A DNA stretch of 64,000 nucleotides, taken from Propionibacteriaceae bacterium. Lineage in GTDB: Bacteria; Actinomycetota; Actinomycetes; Propionibacteriales; Propionibacteriaceae. A model generated the notes under the pieces. The model did not search any database and had not been told where the DNA came from. It saw only the letters and a list, made by a program, of their open reading frames with translations. Location of the stretch: positions 44,498 through 108,497 of the forward strand of contig JAWFWL010000002.1 of NCBI GenBank assembly GCA_032576855.1, read 5' to 3'. Positions 19,932 through 29,263 of the stretch are shown in pieces. Positions within the stretch are counted from its first letter, which is position 1; the number at the start of each line of letters is the position of its first letter. Made by a program: the position numbers and the translations under genes.

Positions 19932-21044
19932 TCAAGGATGCGCCAGAACTGCGACGCATTCCACATGATGCGTTTGCGGAAAGAGGTCGAAGGCGTCGAT
20001 ACGCAGGGGCGCGTAGCTTTCGTCGCCGAAATAGCCCAGGTCTCGCGCCAGGGCCGACGGGTCACAGGCCACGTAGGCCACCCGTCGCGGCTGCATCCTT
20101 GCCACTGCCTGCACAACCTGCTTTCCCGCTCCCTTGCGCGGCGGATCCAGCACGACGAGATCAGCCTCGTCGGGGAGGCGCCGCAGGAACCGATCGACGC
20201 TGGCGGCCTCGAACCGGCCCTCGGGCACGTTGCGGCGCGCGTGCTGCACCGCACGCCGGTTGAGCTCCACGCCCAACACCTGACATCCAGCGGATGCCAG
20301 TGCACCTGCGAAGAGTCCAACGCCACAGTAGAGATCGACGGCGCTCTCCCCCTCCTGCGGATCCAGCCCATCCAACACCGCCTCGACAAGCGTATTCGCC
20401 GCCTCGGGGTGAATCTGCCAGAACCCATCGGCGTCGACTGTGTACTCGCGCCCGGCTGCGCGCTCTACCACCGACGGAGCCCCCTCCACGACTTGCCCGT
20501 CGACGACCACCACTCGCCCAGACGCCGCCTCGACCACTTCGACCCGCTCCCCCACCGCCGCGGGCGCAGGGCTTGTAGCGATGCGGCACCCACCATCGGG
20601 GAGGGCGACGACGTCGTGGCTACGTCGTGCACGTAAACCAAGCCTATCCCCAACGCCGGAGTACTGCATTCTGGTGCGCCAACCCATGAGTGGCGCGACC
20701 GACTGCACTTCACCGTGCCATTCCAGCCCAGCCAGGCGCAGTAGCTGCTCGGCGACGACCCGTCGCTTCAGCTCTAGTTGCAGACCGGGGCTGGCGTGTT
20801 GCCAATCGCATCCCCCACAGACCCCTGCAACGGGGCAAGGCGCGGTGACCCGCTCGTCGTGGGCCTCGATGACCTGCACGACGCGCCCCCGGTCGAATCG
20901 CTTACCTCGCTCGGTGATGGCGACCTCGACCAGCTCGCCCGGCAGCCCCCCGGAGACGAACGTCACCTTCCCGTCCACGCGGGCCACGCACCAGCCGCCG
21001 TGCGCCACGTCGCCCAGCAGAACTTCGCTCCGCATCTCGGTCAC
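19932..21044 (-). CDS. TrmA/RumA-family class I SAM-dependent RNA (uracil-5) methyltransferase with TRAM domain
   Basis: N-terminal TRAM region, a Cys cluster (CPVAGVCGGCDWQH), the SAM motif VDLYCGVGLF and the catalytic YVACDP. Divergent from trkA, as for Mtb Rv2689c and Rv2691. Confidence 0.85.
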   Translation of the reverse strand: MTEMRSEVLLGDVAHGGWCVARVDGKVTFVSGGLPGELVEVAITERGKRFDRGRVVQVIEAHDERVTAPCPVAGVCGGCDWQHASPGLQLELKRRVVAEQLLRLAGLEWHGEVQSVAPLMGWRTRMQYSGVGDRLGLRARRSHDVVALPDGGCRIATSPAPAAVGERVEVVEAASGRVVVVDGQVVEGAPSVVERAAGREYTVDADGFWQIHPEAANTLVEAVLDGLDPQEGESAVDLYCGVGLFAGALASAGCQVLGVELNRRAVQHARRNVPEGRFEAASVDRFLRRLPDEADLVVLDPPRKGAGKQVVQAVARMQPRRVAYVACDPSALARDLGYFGDESYAPLRIDAFDLFPQTHHVECVAVLAHP

Positions 21045-21091
21045 GTTTGCCTCCAGGATTTGATAGCGTGCTGTGGATTCTAGGAGTATCC

Positions 21092-21760
21092 ATGCACATC
21101 GTGATCATGGGCTGCGGGCGCACCGGCGCCATGCTTGCCCGCGGGCTCGAAAAGCGAGGCCACTCGCTCTCAGTCATCGACACCGAGGAGGAAGCCTTCG
21201 CGCGCCTCGGGGCCGAGTTTAAAGGCCAGACCGTCAAGGGCGTAGGCTTCGACCGCGAAGTGCTCGAGACCGCCGGCATCCGAAACGCGGGCGGTTTCGC
21301 GGCAGTATCCAGCGGCGACAATTCCAACATTCTCGCGGCGCGGGTGGTGAAAGAGATCTACCACGTCGAGAACGTCGTCGCCCGAATCTACGACCAAGGC
21401 CGGGCACAGGTGTACGAGCGCTTGGGTATTCCGACGGTGGCACCCGTCCGCTGGAGCACCGGCATGGTGATGCGAAGGCTATTGCCAGAGGGCTCTGAAC
21501 CTGTGTGGCGGGACCCGTCGGGTGAAGCGCGCATTCTGCAGGTGCATGTGCATTCAGGTTGGGTGAATCGTCGCATCACGGAGCTCGCAAGCGCAGCGGG
21601 ATGCATCATCCCTGTCATCACTCGCCTGGGGACGGGCATCGTTCCTACGGCGCAGACGGTTTTCCAAGACGGCGACCTGGTGTTCGCTTCGTGTGAAGTG
21701 GAGCAGACGTCCACCGTCGAAATGGTGCTCGGTAATCCTCCGAAGGGAGCCACTCGATGA
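21092..21760 (+). CDS. trkA: TrkA-family potassium uptake protein (NAD-binding; CeoB-like)
   Basis: MHIVIMGCGRTGA Rossmann GxGxxG plus a TrkA-C domain. ATG 21092 follows AGGAG at 5 nt. Confidence 0.85.
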   Translation: MHIVIMGCGRTGAMLARGLEKRGHSLSVIDTEEEAFARLGAEFKGQTVKGVGFDREVLETAGIRNAGGFAAVSSGDNSNILAARVVKEIYHVENVVARIYDQGRAQVYERLGIPTVAPVRWSTGMVMRRLLPEGSEPVWRDPSGEARILQVHVHSGWVNRRITELASAAGCIIPVITRLGTGIVPTAQTVFQDGDLVFASCEVEQTSTVEMVLGNPPKGATR

Positions 21761-22473
21761 AGGTTTCGATCGCCGGGGCCGGGCAAGTCGGCCGCTCCAT
21801 CGCCCGGGAGCTGCTGGCCAACGGGCATCAGGTCACGCTGATTGAGCGCGACGGTAAGGCACTCAAGCAAGACACCGTACTCGGGGCGACGTGGTTGCAC
21901 GCTGATGCGTGTGAGATGGAGAGCCTCGAGGAAGCGGAACTCGACACGTTTGACGTCGCGATTGCGGCCACGGGCGACGACAAGGTGAACCTCGTGCACG
22001 CGCTGCTCGCGAAGACGGAGTTCAGCGTTCCGCGTACCGTCGCCCGCGTGAATCATCCCGGCAACGAGTGGCTCTTCGACGACCACTGGGGTGTCGACGC
22101 TGCCGTCTCCACACCGCGTCTCATGGCAGCCCTGGTGGAGGAGGCCGTCGGGGCCGGAAACTTGGTGAGGATCTTCAGCTTCAAGGAAGATGACACCCAC
22201 CTGTCTGAGGTCACCATCACTGCCGAATCCAACCTCGTGGGCAAGGCGATCGGCGAGCTCACCATTCCAGACGACGTCGCCGTCGTCGCGCTCGTTCGCA
22301 AGTCAGTGGCGCGGGCGCCAAAGATAGACGAGCGACTTGAGCTTGGTGACAAGCTCTTCTTCCTGAATCCGGAACATGCAGAAACTGATCTGGAGGAGCA
22401 GTTCGCGCAGGAGGATTCGATTCCTGCCGGGATTCAGGCCCTGTCCGGCAACACCGAAAACTCGGGATTGTAA
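21757..22473 (+). CDS. trkA: TrkA-family potassium uptake protein (CeoC-like)
   Basis: MKVSIAGAGQVGRSIA Rossmann motif plus a TrkA-C domain. ATGA overlap with the upstream trkA. Confidence 0.85.
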   Translation: MKVSIAGAGQVGRSIARELLANGHQVTLIERDGKALKQDTVLGATWLHADACEMESLEEAELDTFDVAIAATGDDKVNLVHALLAKTEFSVPRTVARVNHPGNEWLFDDHWGVDAAVSTPRLMAALVEEAVGAGNLVRIFSFKEDDTHLSEVTITAESNLVGKAIGELTIPDDVAVVALVRKSVARAPKIDERLELGDKLFFLNPEHAETDLEEQFAQEDSIPAGIQALSGNTENSGL

Positions 22474-22781
22474 AGCGCGAGCTCGTCGCCAATCTTCGCC
22501 AGCCGCCCGCGGGCGGTGACGACGGCGCCGTCGTGCAAGCACTGCACCTTCTGGCGCCCCATCCAAATCAGCAGCACGCTACCCGTCGGATCACTCAGTT
22601 CGGCCTCATACCAGCCACGTTTCAGGTTAACGCCGTGCTGCGTGATGGTGCCACCAACTTCGACGCGTTCCCTCGGTTGGCAGTCTGCAATCCGGGTGCA
22701 CGCCAATTCATCTCGACGAGGAGTGCGCTCCGGCTCCGAAAGCAACCATCGCTTCAACCGATCTCCGATGGAGTGCGGCAC
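22434..22781 (-). CDS. OB-fold nucleic-acid-binding domain protein (Rv2694c-like)
   Basis: Conserved position downstream of DUF3710. GTG 22781 lies 1 nt after the upstream stop. C-terminal VEVGGTI...AELSDPTGSVLLIWMGR...VTARGRL is OB-like. The 3' end overlaps the trkA 3' end by 40 nt. Confidence 0.6.
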   Translation of the reverse strand: MPHSIGDRLKRWLLSEPERTPRRDELACTRIADCQPRERVEVGGTITQHGVNLKRGWYEAELSDPTGSVLLIWMGRQKVQCLHDGAVVTARGRLAKIGDELALYNPEFSVLPDRA

Positions 22782-22782
22782 G

Positions 22783-23553
22783 TCACTGCTCCTGGGTCTG
22801 CGAGCTACCTTCGGGAGCCTCGGGCAGGGTGAAGGCAATCACCGATCCTGGCGCAATGGGTTTGTCACCGCGTCGAACCACGAGGTTCGCGAAGAACTCT
22901 TCGAGGGTAACGGTGGCGTCCTCGTTTTCTGGTTCGAGGGCTGCCTTACCAAACAGCACTCCTCGCAACACCCACGACGGGCCCTCGGCCAGCCACGTAC
23001 GGGTGATCTGGACTCCCTGACGGCCATCCTCTGTCTTCACTGGAACGGCGCGTCGGATCTCAGTACCGAACACGCCCTTCGACATCGAGATTCGGGTGCC
23101 CTGCTGATTCGCGGAGGCTGCAATCATCTCCCTGCGGATCTCCGGCACATAGGTTGACCTGAGCGGCGCGCCGAACAGCGCAACCTCGAGCGCGGAATGC
23201 TCATCTTGCACAATAAGCGCCTGGGGCACCTGTTGTGCGTTTACGGAAATCTGAAGTTTCATGTCGGGGAACGGTGTCACCACGAGGGCACCCAAATCCA
23301 GGCGCTGAATGTCATCCGCAGCCAGATCTACCTCGCGGATGTCGAACGGCCCGTTCTCCCGGTCAAACTCTTCGTCCCATTTGAGCCACTGGGCTTCGAG
23401 CTGGTCCAGCGCTTCTTGCTGCTTCGCATCTTCGTCGGTGCTCGCATCGTCTTCTTCCGAGGCTTCCTCGGTTTCGGTGTCGATGCTCGTCTCGTCGACG
23501 TTCTCTTCCTCAGCCTTGACGGCCGCTTGGCGCTTCTTGCGTCCGAAAATCAC
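22783..23553 (-). CDS. DUF3710 domain-containing protein (Rv2696c-like)
   Basis: Acidic N-terminus, then GPFDIREVD...LDLGALVVTPFPDMKLQ... It directly follows dut (stop 23554, start 23553). Confidence 0.7.
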   Translation of the reverse strand: MIFGRKKRQAAVKAEEENVDETSIDTETEEASEEDDASTDEDAKQQEALDQLEAQWLKWDEEFDRENGPFDIREVDLAADDIQRLDLGALVVTPFPDMKLQISVNAQQVPQALIVQDEHSALEVALFGAPLRSTYVPEIRREMIAASANQQGTRISMSKGVFGTEIRRAVPVKTEDGRQGVQITRTWLAEGPSWVLRGVLFGKAALEPENEDATVTLEEFFANLVVRRGDKPIAPGSVIAFTLPEAPEGSSQTQEQ

Positions 23554-23991
23554 TTACGCTCCACTCAACAGTTGGCTTCCACCAGTAGAACCATAGCCAC
23601 CGAACCCGCGTTCAGTGACATCGAGCTCCTCCACTTCCACAAATGCGGCAGAAATGAACGGAACGACCACCAGCTGCGCAATTCGGTCGCCGCTGCGAAT
23701 CTCGATGCTGTCACGGCCATCCAGGTTCACCAAGCACACCTTAATCTCGCCTCGGTAGCCAGCGTCAATGATGCCTGGGGCGTTCACGATGCTGAGCCCA
23801 GTCCGGGCAGCCAGCCCTGATCGGGGGGTGACCATGCCGACGGTGCCCTCCGGCAGTGCGACGCGCACTCCGGTGCCTACCAGGCGACGCTCGCCTGGAG
23901 CGAGGATGGCGTCTTCTGCAGCGCTAAGGTCTGCGCCAGCATCACCCGGGTGGGCGTACGACGGGGCGGTGCCTACAACTGGGATTTCCAT
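23554..23991 (-). CDS. dut: dUTP diphosphatase
   Basis: [24 protein letters not shown], and a C-terminal [11 protein letters not shown]-loop-like motif. ATG 23991 overlaps the upstream stop (TGATG). Confidence 0.95.
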   Translation of the reverse strand: MEIPVVGTAPSYAHPGDAGADLSAAEDAILAPGERRLVGTGVRVALPEGTVGMVTPRSGLAARTGLSIVNAPGIIDAGYRGEIKVCLVNLDGRDSIEIRSGDRIAQLVVVPFISAAFVEVEELDVTERGFGGYGSTGGSQLLSGA

Positions 23992-24479
23992 CACTGCTCC
24001 TTTATTGCACAAATCGCGTGCACCAGCCGTACCGGATTACGGGTAGAAATCAGCCAGGCAGGATGCGGGTCCGCGTCGTCGTCGATCTTCACGCGCACCT
24101 TGGGTTTCACGAATGGCCTGGTGAGCATGAAGCTATCTGCATCGGTGGCCGCGCTGATGTCTCCTTCTACTGCCTCTGCGTCGCCGATGTAGGCGGTCTC
24201 GAGCACGTGGCGTCCGACCTGAAGCCCTTTCTCGTCGACGCGGATGCGTAGCGTCCAGCTGAGCAGGCCTACGACGACAATCGCTGCTGACAGCGCCACC
24301 AAGGTTGCGGCCAGCCACGCATCTAGGAAGGCGTACACCGCGACCAGCACCGACAGCACAGCCCCTGCGCCGACGAGCCACCACCAAAGCGGGACTCGTA
24401 GTCGTTCTTCGTACGTCACATCGGCAAAGTTACCCTGAGTCGGCAATAATGGGGCGCAGGAGGACCACATGAAGCTCAC
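23991..24479 (-). CDS. DUF3093 domain-containing membrane protein (Rv2698-like)
   Basis: [14 protein letters not shown], two TM helices and a conserved C-terminus ([10 protein letters not shown]). The start is uncertain: ATG 24479 or GTG 24419. Confidence 0.65.
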   Translation of the reverse strand: MSFMWSSCAPLLPTQGNFADVTYEERLRVPLWWWLVGAGAVLSVLVAVYAFLDAWLAATLVALSAAIVVVGLLSWTLRIRVDEKGLQVGRHVLETAYIGDAEAVEGDISAATDADSFMLTRPFVKPKVRVKIDDDADPHPAWLISTRNPVRLVHAICAIKEQ

Positions 24480-24789
24480 CGAAAAGGTTATTTGGAACGT
24501 CTACTCGGGCGTTCTCGGCGCGCTGGCCACATTCATCGCGCAAAAGTTGATCACGGCAGCGTGGCAGGCGGCCACGGGCGAAGAACCGCCGGACCCCAAC
24601 GACCCAGAGACTCCCGGTTTCCAGGCCGTGATTTGGGCAGCGTCGAGCGGCGTCGGTGTCGGCGTCACGCAGATCATGATGAACCGCTTCGTGCAGCGCC
24701 GCTGGTCGTCGAACATGGGCCAGGGCGCTCCAGGCGGGCTGAAGAACCTGTTGGACGCAGGCGCCAAGAAGCAGAAGAAAAAGAAGTAA
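24469..24789 (+). CDS. DUF4235 domain-containing protein
   Basis: 106 aa with two amphipathic/TM segments separated by a Pro/Asp-rich linker (EEPPDPNDPETP) and a Lys-rich tail. Confidence 0.6.
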   Translation: MKLTEKVIWNVYSGVLGALATFIAQKLITAAWQAATGEEPPDPNDPETPGFQAVIWAASSGVGVGVTQIMMNRFVQRRWSSNMGQGAPGGLKNLLDAGAKKQKKKK

Positions 24790-24811
24790 CTACAGCGATG
24801 CGCACGTCACT

Positions 24812-24848
24812 GCGTCGGCTGCGTCTTAGAGCTAGACGCAGTCGACGC
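24812..24848. terminator. Stem-loop between convergent DUF4235 and DUF4193 genes (candidate bidirectional terminator)
   Basis: GCGTCGGCTGCGTCT-TAGAGCT-AGACGCAGTCGACGC: a 15-bp stem (one G·U position) with a 7-nt loop. The right arm includes the last codons and stop of the DUF4193 gene. No clear U-tract. Confidence 0.5.
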
Positions 24849-25128
24849 AGTACTGTTCGTTGCCCTTCGTCTCGGCAAGCTGGCTGTGTGACTTCACGAG
24901 GAAACAGGATGCGCAGGTGAATTCGTCCTGCTGCCTGGGCAGCACTCGGACGGTCAGTTCTTCGTGCGAGAGGTCCGCGCCAGGAAGTTCGAACGACTCG
25001 GCGGCCTCGACTTCGTCTTCATCGACTTTGCCGGAGTTCTGGTCGTTGCGCCGCGTCTTCAACTCCTCGAGGGAGTCTTCCTGCATCTCCTCGTCAGTTT
25101 TGCGGGGGGCGTCGTAATCCGTTGCCAT
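24832..25128 (-). CDS. DUF4193 domain-containing protein (Rv2699c-like)
   Basis: MATDYDAPRKTDEE...ELPGADLSHEELTVRVLPRQQDEFTCASCFLVKSHSQLA...YCVDC is the typical DUF4193 sequence. ATG 25128 has AAGGA 5 nt upstream. Confidence 0.8.
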   Translation of the reverse strand: MATDYDAPRKTDEEMQEDSLEELKTRRNDQNSGKVDEDEVEAAESFELPGADLSHEELTVRVLPRQQDEFTCASCFLVKSHSQLAETKGNEQYCVDCV

Positions 25129-25264
25129 TGCTGTCCTTACACGTTCGATTGCTCGCGCATATTGATACCACACACTCCGAGAGCTGACGAAGCAGGACCC
25201 CGATGATCGAGAAGAACGCTGGTAGATTGGCCCGGAACAGATTCAAGTCCCAAGGAATCCAACG

Positions 25265-26236
25265 ATGAACAGTGCACTGTCCCCCCGTGAGATCCAGGCC
25301 CGCATCCGCGGCGGCGAGTCCGTCGCCGACGTCGCGAGCGACGCCGGGGTTGATGTGGCGGATATCGAGGGATTCGCAGGCCCGGTGCTGGCCGAGCGCG
25401 AGTTCATGGTCACAAACGCGCTGAAATCGACGATCAGGCGCCGAGGCGAACAGTCTCACCGTCGCCTGGGCGAGTTGGTGGCTGAGCGGCTCCAACAGCG
25501 TGGCATCGATGCCGACACCATCGTGTGGGATGCCTGGCGTCAGGAAGACCTCCGGTGGCGCGTCGTCGGCGTGCTTGGCGACGACGCAGGCACGCGCACC
25601 GCAGAATTCGTGTTCGACCACAAGGCACGGTTCAACGTCGCCGACAATGCCGACGCAAGATGGATGATTGGCGAGCAGCTGCCTGGCGCCGAGGGGCAGG
25701 ACGAGAACACCATCGACTTTGATGACGAGCTCGCACTGCTTCGGGCAACACGGGAAGAACAGAGGCCGACGAAGCCAGCTCCTGGCGACGACGTTCCCGT
25801 CGCCGATGCCATGCACGACGAGCACGAGGACACGTCGTCACTCGACGAGCTCTACGACATGTTGAGCGGTATCTCGGAGGATTCCGTTCGCATCTACACC
25901 GGGCTCGACGCAGAAGCTCAGCTCAGCGAAGACCAGCCGTCCGCCGACGAGGAAGAACCCGAGCCAGCACCAGCTACGCCGGCTGAACCTGCTGCCACTC
26001 AGCCAGACGAGACCGCACCGGAGCCTACGCCCACCGTCGAGAAAGAGTCGCCAGAGCCCACCGCGTCGACTACGCCGCCAGCCGTCACGCAGCCCGTGCA
26101 GGATTCACTCGTTGAGGACATCGACGAGCCCGAACCGAAGCCTCAGAAGAAGCCGCGCAAACGTCGCGGCAGGGCGCACGTGCCGAGTTGGGACGAGATC
26201 ATGTTCGGTGGCCCTACGAAGTCGAAGGACAAGTAG
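25265..26236 (+). CDS. sepH: Septation protein SepH (DUF3071), N-terminally short
   Basis: LSPREIQARIRGGESVADVASDAGVDVADIEGFAGPVLAEREF HTH region, a disordered acidic/Pro-rich middle, and the conserved basic C-terminus KPRKRRGRAHVPSWDEIMFG. An in-frame TAG at 25223 limits any N-terminal extension. Confidence 0.8.
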   Translation: MNSALSPREIQARIRGGESVADVASDAGVDVADIEGFAGPVLAEREFMVTNALKSTIRRRGEQSHRRLGELVAERLQQRGIDADTIVWDAWRQEDLRWRVVGVLGDDAGTRTAEFVFDHKARFNVADNADARWMIGEQLPGAEGQDENTIDFDDELALLRATREEQRPTKPAPGDDVPVADAMHDEHEDTSSLDELYDMLSGISEDSVRIYTGLDAEAQLSEDQPSADEEEPEPAPATPAEPAATQPDETAPEPTPTVEKESPEPTASTTPPAVTQPVQDSLVEDIDEPEPKPQKKPRKRRGRAHVPSWDEIMFGGPTKSKDK

Positions 26237-26254
26237 CCACCGAACGGCTGGCGA

Positions 26255-26914
26255 TCAGCTCCAGGAATCGTTGTCGAACGGCAGCGGTTCTGGCGAGAGC
26301 GTAGCCTGCGCCATCGCCTTGGTCACCTTCCGACGGTGATGCATCCTGCACAACACCTCGTAGCGAATGACCTGCTCTCCCCCGTCTGCGGTGTCCCCCA
26401 CCTCGACCTGTGACCCTTCCGTCACCATTTTTCCGTCGACGGTGCGGGCATTGTGGGTGCCCTTGTTGCCGCACCAGCACAGCGGCCCGAGCGGGAGCGT
26501 CTCCGTGCGATCAGCCAACTCAATCAGACGCTGCGATCCAGGGAACAGCTTGGTACGGAAGTCCGCGAGGATGCCGAAGGCATAGACGTCGATCTGCAAC
26601 TCGTCGACGATGCGCGCCAGCTGATCAATCTGCTCAGAGAGGTAGAACTGTGCCTCGTCACAGATCAGATAGTCGATGCGCTTCGCGTGAGTCAGCTCGC
26701 GGATGACGAACGTCCAGAAATTAAAATCGTCCTCCACTTCAAAGGCTTCCGACGAGAGCCCCAACCGGGATGTGACCGCCGGCCTCCCCGAGCGATCTTT
26801 CCTCGTAAATAGTCGCCCCTGACGCCCGTGCCGCGACTGCGTGTAATCCATCTGCAGCGCAAGTGTGGACTTGCCGCAATCCATCGGGCCAGTGTGAAAA
26901 ACCAGCTCAGCCAC
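26255..26914 (-). CDS. tdk: Thymidine kinase
   Basis: P-loop GPMDCGKST, ICDEAQF and a zinc-ribbon lasso (CWCGNKGTHNAR...CRMHH). GTG 26914 overlaps the GT4 stop by 8 nt; ATG 26929 is an alternative. Confidence 0.9.
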   Translation of the reverse strand: MAELVFHTGPMDCGKSTLALQMDYTQSRHGRQGRLFTRKDRSGRPAVTSRLGLSSEAFEVEDDFNFWTFVIRELTHAKRIDYLICDEAQFYLSEQIDQLARIVDELQIDVYAFGILADFRTKLFPGSQRLIELADRTETLPLGPLCWCGNKGTHNARTVDGKMVTEGSQVEVGDTADGGEQVIRYEVLCRMHHRRKVTKAMAQATLSPEPLPFDNDSWS

Positions 26915-28145
26915 GAGCTTTCCTCTCAATCAGCTCTTCGTACGCTTCGACGAAACGCTCAGCCGTGCGATCCGGCATCAGCTCGGGCAGCTTCGCGCTG
27001 GTCGCACGGGCCATGTCGGCACGCAGCTCGGCGTCCATGAGCCGCTGGAACCCGTGCGCAAGCGACTTCACGTCCGGCCCGGTGAGCAACGCGGTTTTCG
27101 GGGAAGTTGCGACGGTGAGTCTGTCGTCGCAATAGAGCACCGGCAAGCCAGCGGCGACTGCTTCCGAAATCACCAACGCCTGCGAATCAAAACGGTAGCT
27201 CGTGAGCACCAACGCGTCCGCATTGCGCAATTCGTAGGCCAGAGCATCCACTCCAGACATGTGGCCGCGAAAATCAATGGGGTAGCCGCGGGCCAGATCC
27301 CGTAGTTTGAAGCGTTGGTCGCCGTCGCCCACGATGACGAGTTCCGCGTCGGCAAGGTTGGCGCGTTTGAACGCCTTTACCATCACGTCGAGGCGTTTCT
27401 CCTTGGCCAGCCTGCCCATCGAAAGGAACCGCACGCGCTGGTCACTCCGTTGCCTCGGCATGTCGCGCAAGACGTCGACGATCTGCCGGTTCACCCCAGT
27501 TGGCACCACATGCCCTTGTCCGCGATGATCTCTGCACAACTCGATCATGTCGCGCATGAACGGCGCCGGCACCGTGTACCCATCCACTTGGTCGGCGATC
27601 GCCGCAAAGCCCATCCAGTCCACTCGAGCAAAAAAGCCGCCTGTTTCCTGTCGCATCGTCGGGAGTTTCACCTTTTTGCGTGGGCGCCCCGCTGCTTGGC
27701 GCAGTAGCGGGAGGATCAAGACCTGGTACAGGAGCGTCCCGAAACATGCCTCGCGCACGGTTTGGTGGGTGCCCGCGATGTTTGCGTGAAAAGTATGGAT
27801 GTGCGGAATGTTCTGGAGCCTCGCAATCTTGGCGCCCAACACCAGCGCGCCACGCTCGGTTTGCGTGTGCACCACGTCGAACTGAGCCTGCTTGCTGATG
27901 GCCTTCGCGCGTCGTTGGCTGTGATGAAGGATACTGAGATGCGCGGGGAGTCCGTTGATGTAGTACGTGGGGGTCTCGATGGTGTGACCTATTCTCGGCT
28001 TCTCAAGCTTGACGTCTGGTGCGATGAGCGTGACGTCGTGCCCCATCGCCGTGAGTTCTTCGAGTTGGGTCTGCACTGAGCGCCCGATCCCGCCCGACGC
28101 CGGAAAGAAATCGTCGATAACGACGGCAACACGCAACTTCTTCAT
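26907..28145 (-). CDS. GT4-family glycosyltransferase (resembles diacylglycerol glycosyltransferases)
   Basis: MKKLRVAVVIDDFFPASGGIGRSVQTQLEELTAMGHDVTLIAP N-terminus and a GT-B C-terminal half (LSMGRLAKEKR...VGDG...SEAVAAGLPV). ATGA overlap with the upstream gene. Confidence 0.8.
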   Translation of the reverse strand: MKKLRVAVVIDDFFPASGGIGRSVQTQLEELTAMGHDVTLIAPDVKLEKPRIGHTIETPTYYINGLPAHLSILHHSQRRAKAISKQAQFDVVHTQTERGALVLGAKIARLQNIPHIHTFHANIAGTHQTVREACFGTLLYQVLILPLLRQAAGRPRKKVKLPTMRQETGGFFARVDWMGFAAIADQVDGYTVPAPFMRDMIELCRDHRGQGHVVPTGVNRQIVDVLRDMPRQRSDQRVRFLSMGRLAKEKRLDVMVKAFKRANLADAELVIVGDGDQRFKLRDLARGYPIDFRGHMSGVDALAYELRNADALVLTSYRFDSQALVISEAVAAGLPVLYCDDRLTVATSPKTALLTGPDVKSLAHGFQRLMDAELRADMARATSAKLPELMPDRTAERFVEAYEELIERKARG

Positions 28146-29263
28146 GGCCTACCACCAGCAACACTGAGCGGCACCTGCATCTCGTCAGCAGTGAGCGAGC
28201 CATGCATGCCCACCAGGGAAAACTCCTTCTCGAACCTGCGGCTCATCACCGCCCAGTCATCGCGCATGGCGACGAGCACGTCACCCAAGCGCAAGAGTGC
28301 GTCAGCGCAGACTTCCGCGCCGAACCAACCCGCCGCCACGGCCTCGTCGCGCAACACCACATGCCCGCGCTCGCCCAAAAAGGACTGCCAAGCCTTCGCC
28401 AAACGTTCCGGTTCAAGCGTGTACAACTGCCTGAAACGCCCCTCGCCCGCGATGGCATCAAAGCCGGCGAGTGCTGGCTCGTCCTCTGCCATGATGCGGT
28501 GATCGTCGGGCACCGCAATCATGCCGTGGTCCCCGGTGACGAGCACACACACGTCGTCACCAGCCAGCGCCTGGATACCTGCTACCAAATCGTCGACGGT
28601 TTCCAACTCCTGCAGCCATTGCCACGAGCCCGGACCCGAAGTATGGCCGGCGTGGTCCAGCAACCGCTGGTAGCAGTACACCACCGGGTGGTCCTCCAGC
28701 GCAGCTTCGACGAGTGCGACGGTGCCGTCGACGTCGGATTCGTCCTCGGGCCTGGCGAAAAGCTCGGTCGCGTCGAATGCGAGCCGCGTCAGCGCCGTGC
28801 CATCGAATCGCCCGAGAGTGACGGCCGCCGAACGGCCACCGTCGTCGGCAAACCTCCGGAACTGCGTTGGGGCGAGCCGGAAGGCATCCACGTCCTCGGG
28901 ACCTTGCTCCCACGTCAGCGCGTTCATTACCGCGCTGCTTCCTGGATCACGGAACGTATATCCGACGATGCCGTGCCGTCCCGGTGGCAACCCGGTGCCC
29001 AGACTGGTGAGCGAACACGCGGTGGTAGACGGGACCGAACAGGTGAGCGTCTGCCTCGGCAACGCCGCAAGCCGCTCAGCGTGGTCTGCGTAGCGCCGCA
29101 GCCCCGATAGGCCAAGCCCGTCAACCATTACGACGACATACCTCGTAGCCGCAGGGAGCGCAATGGGCGCGCCCGCATCCCCACGCAGACGAGCCATCAC
29201 GCTCGGCACGAGATTACACAGGGCGTTGCCGTCGTATTGGGGCAGCACGAAGTCGTCGCTCAC
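28142..29263 (-). CDS. Alkaline-phosphatase-superfamily protein (nucleotide pyrophosphatase/phosphodiesterase-like)
   Basis: Metal and nucleophile motifs VVMVDGLG...SVPSTTACSLTSLGTG...HG, DHAGH, and VTGDHGM. GTG 29263 overlaps the upstream stop (GTGA). Confidence 0.75.
   Translation of the reverse strand: MSDDFVLPQYDGNALCNLVPSVMARLRGDAGAPIALPAATRYVVVMVDGLGLSGLRRYADHAERLAALPRQTLTCSVPSTTACSLTSLGTGLPPGRHGIVGYTFRDPGSSAVMNALTWEQGPEDVDAFRLAPTQFRRFADDGGRSAAVTLGRFDGTALTRLAFDATELFARPEDESDVDGTVALVEAALEDHPVVYCYQRLLDHAGHTSGPGSWQWLQELETVDDLVAGIQALAGDDVCVLVTGDHGMIAVPDDHRIMAEDEPALAGFDAIAGEGRFRQLYTLEPERLAKAWQSFLGERGHVVLRDEAVAAGWFGAEVCADALLRLGDVLVAMRDDWAVMSRRFEKEFSLVGMHGSLTADEMQVPLSVAGGRP

Noticed and set aside
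19623-20636. 337-aa plus-strand ORF
   Set aside because: It is antisense to yefM and the RNA methyltransferase. The translation is Arg/Pro/His-rich with no family resemblance.
25203-25268. 21-codon uORF ending in an overlap with the sepH start
   Set aside because: It is very short, has no RBS I can see and has no conservation evidence. It is mentioned only as context for the short SepH N-terminus.
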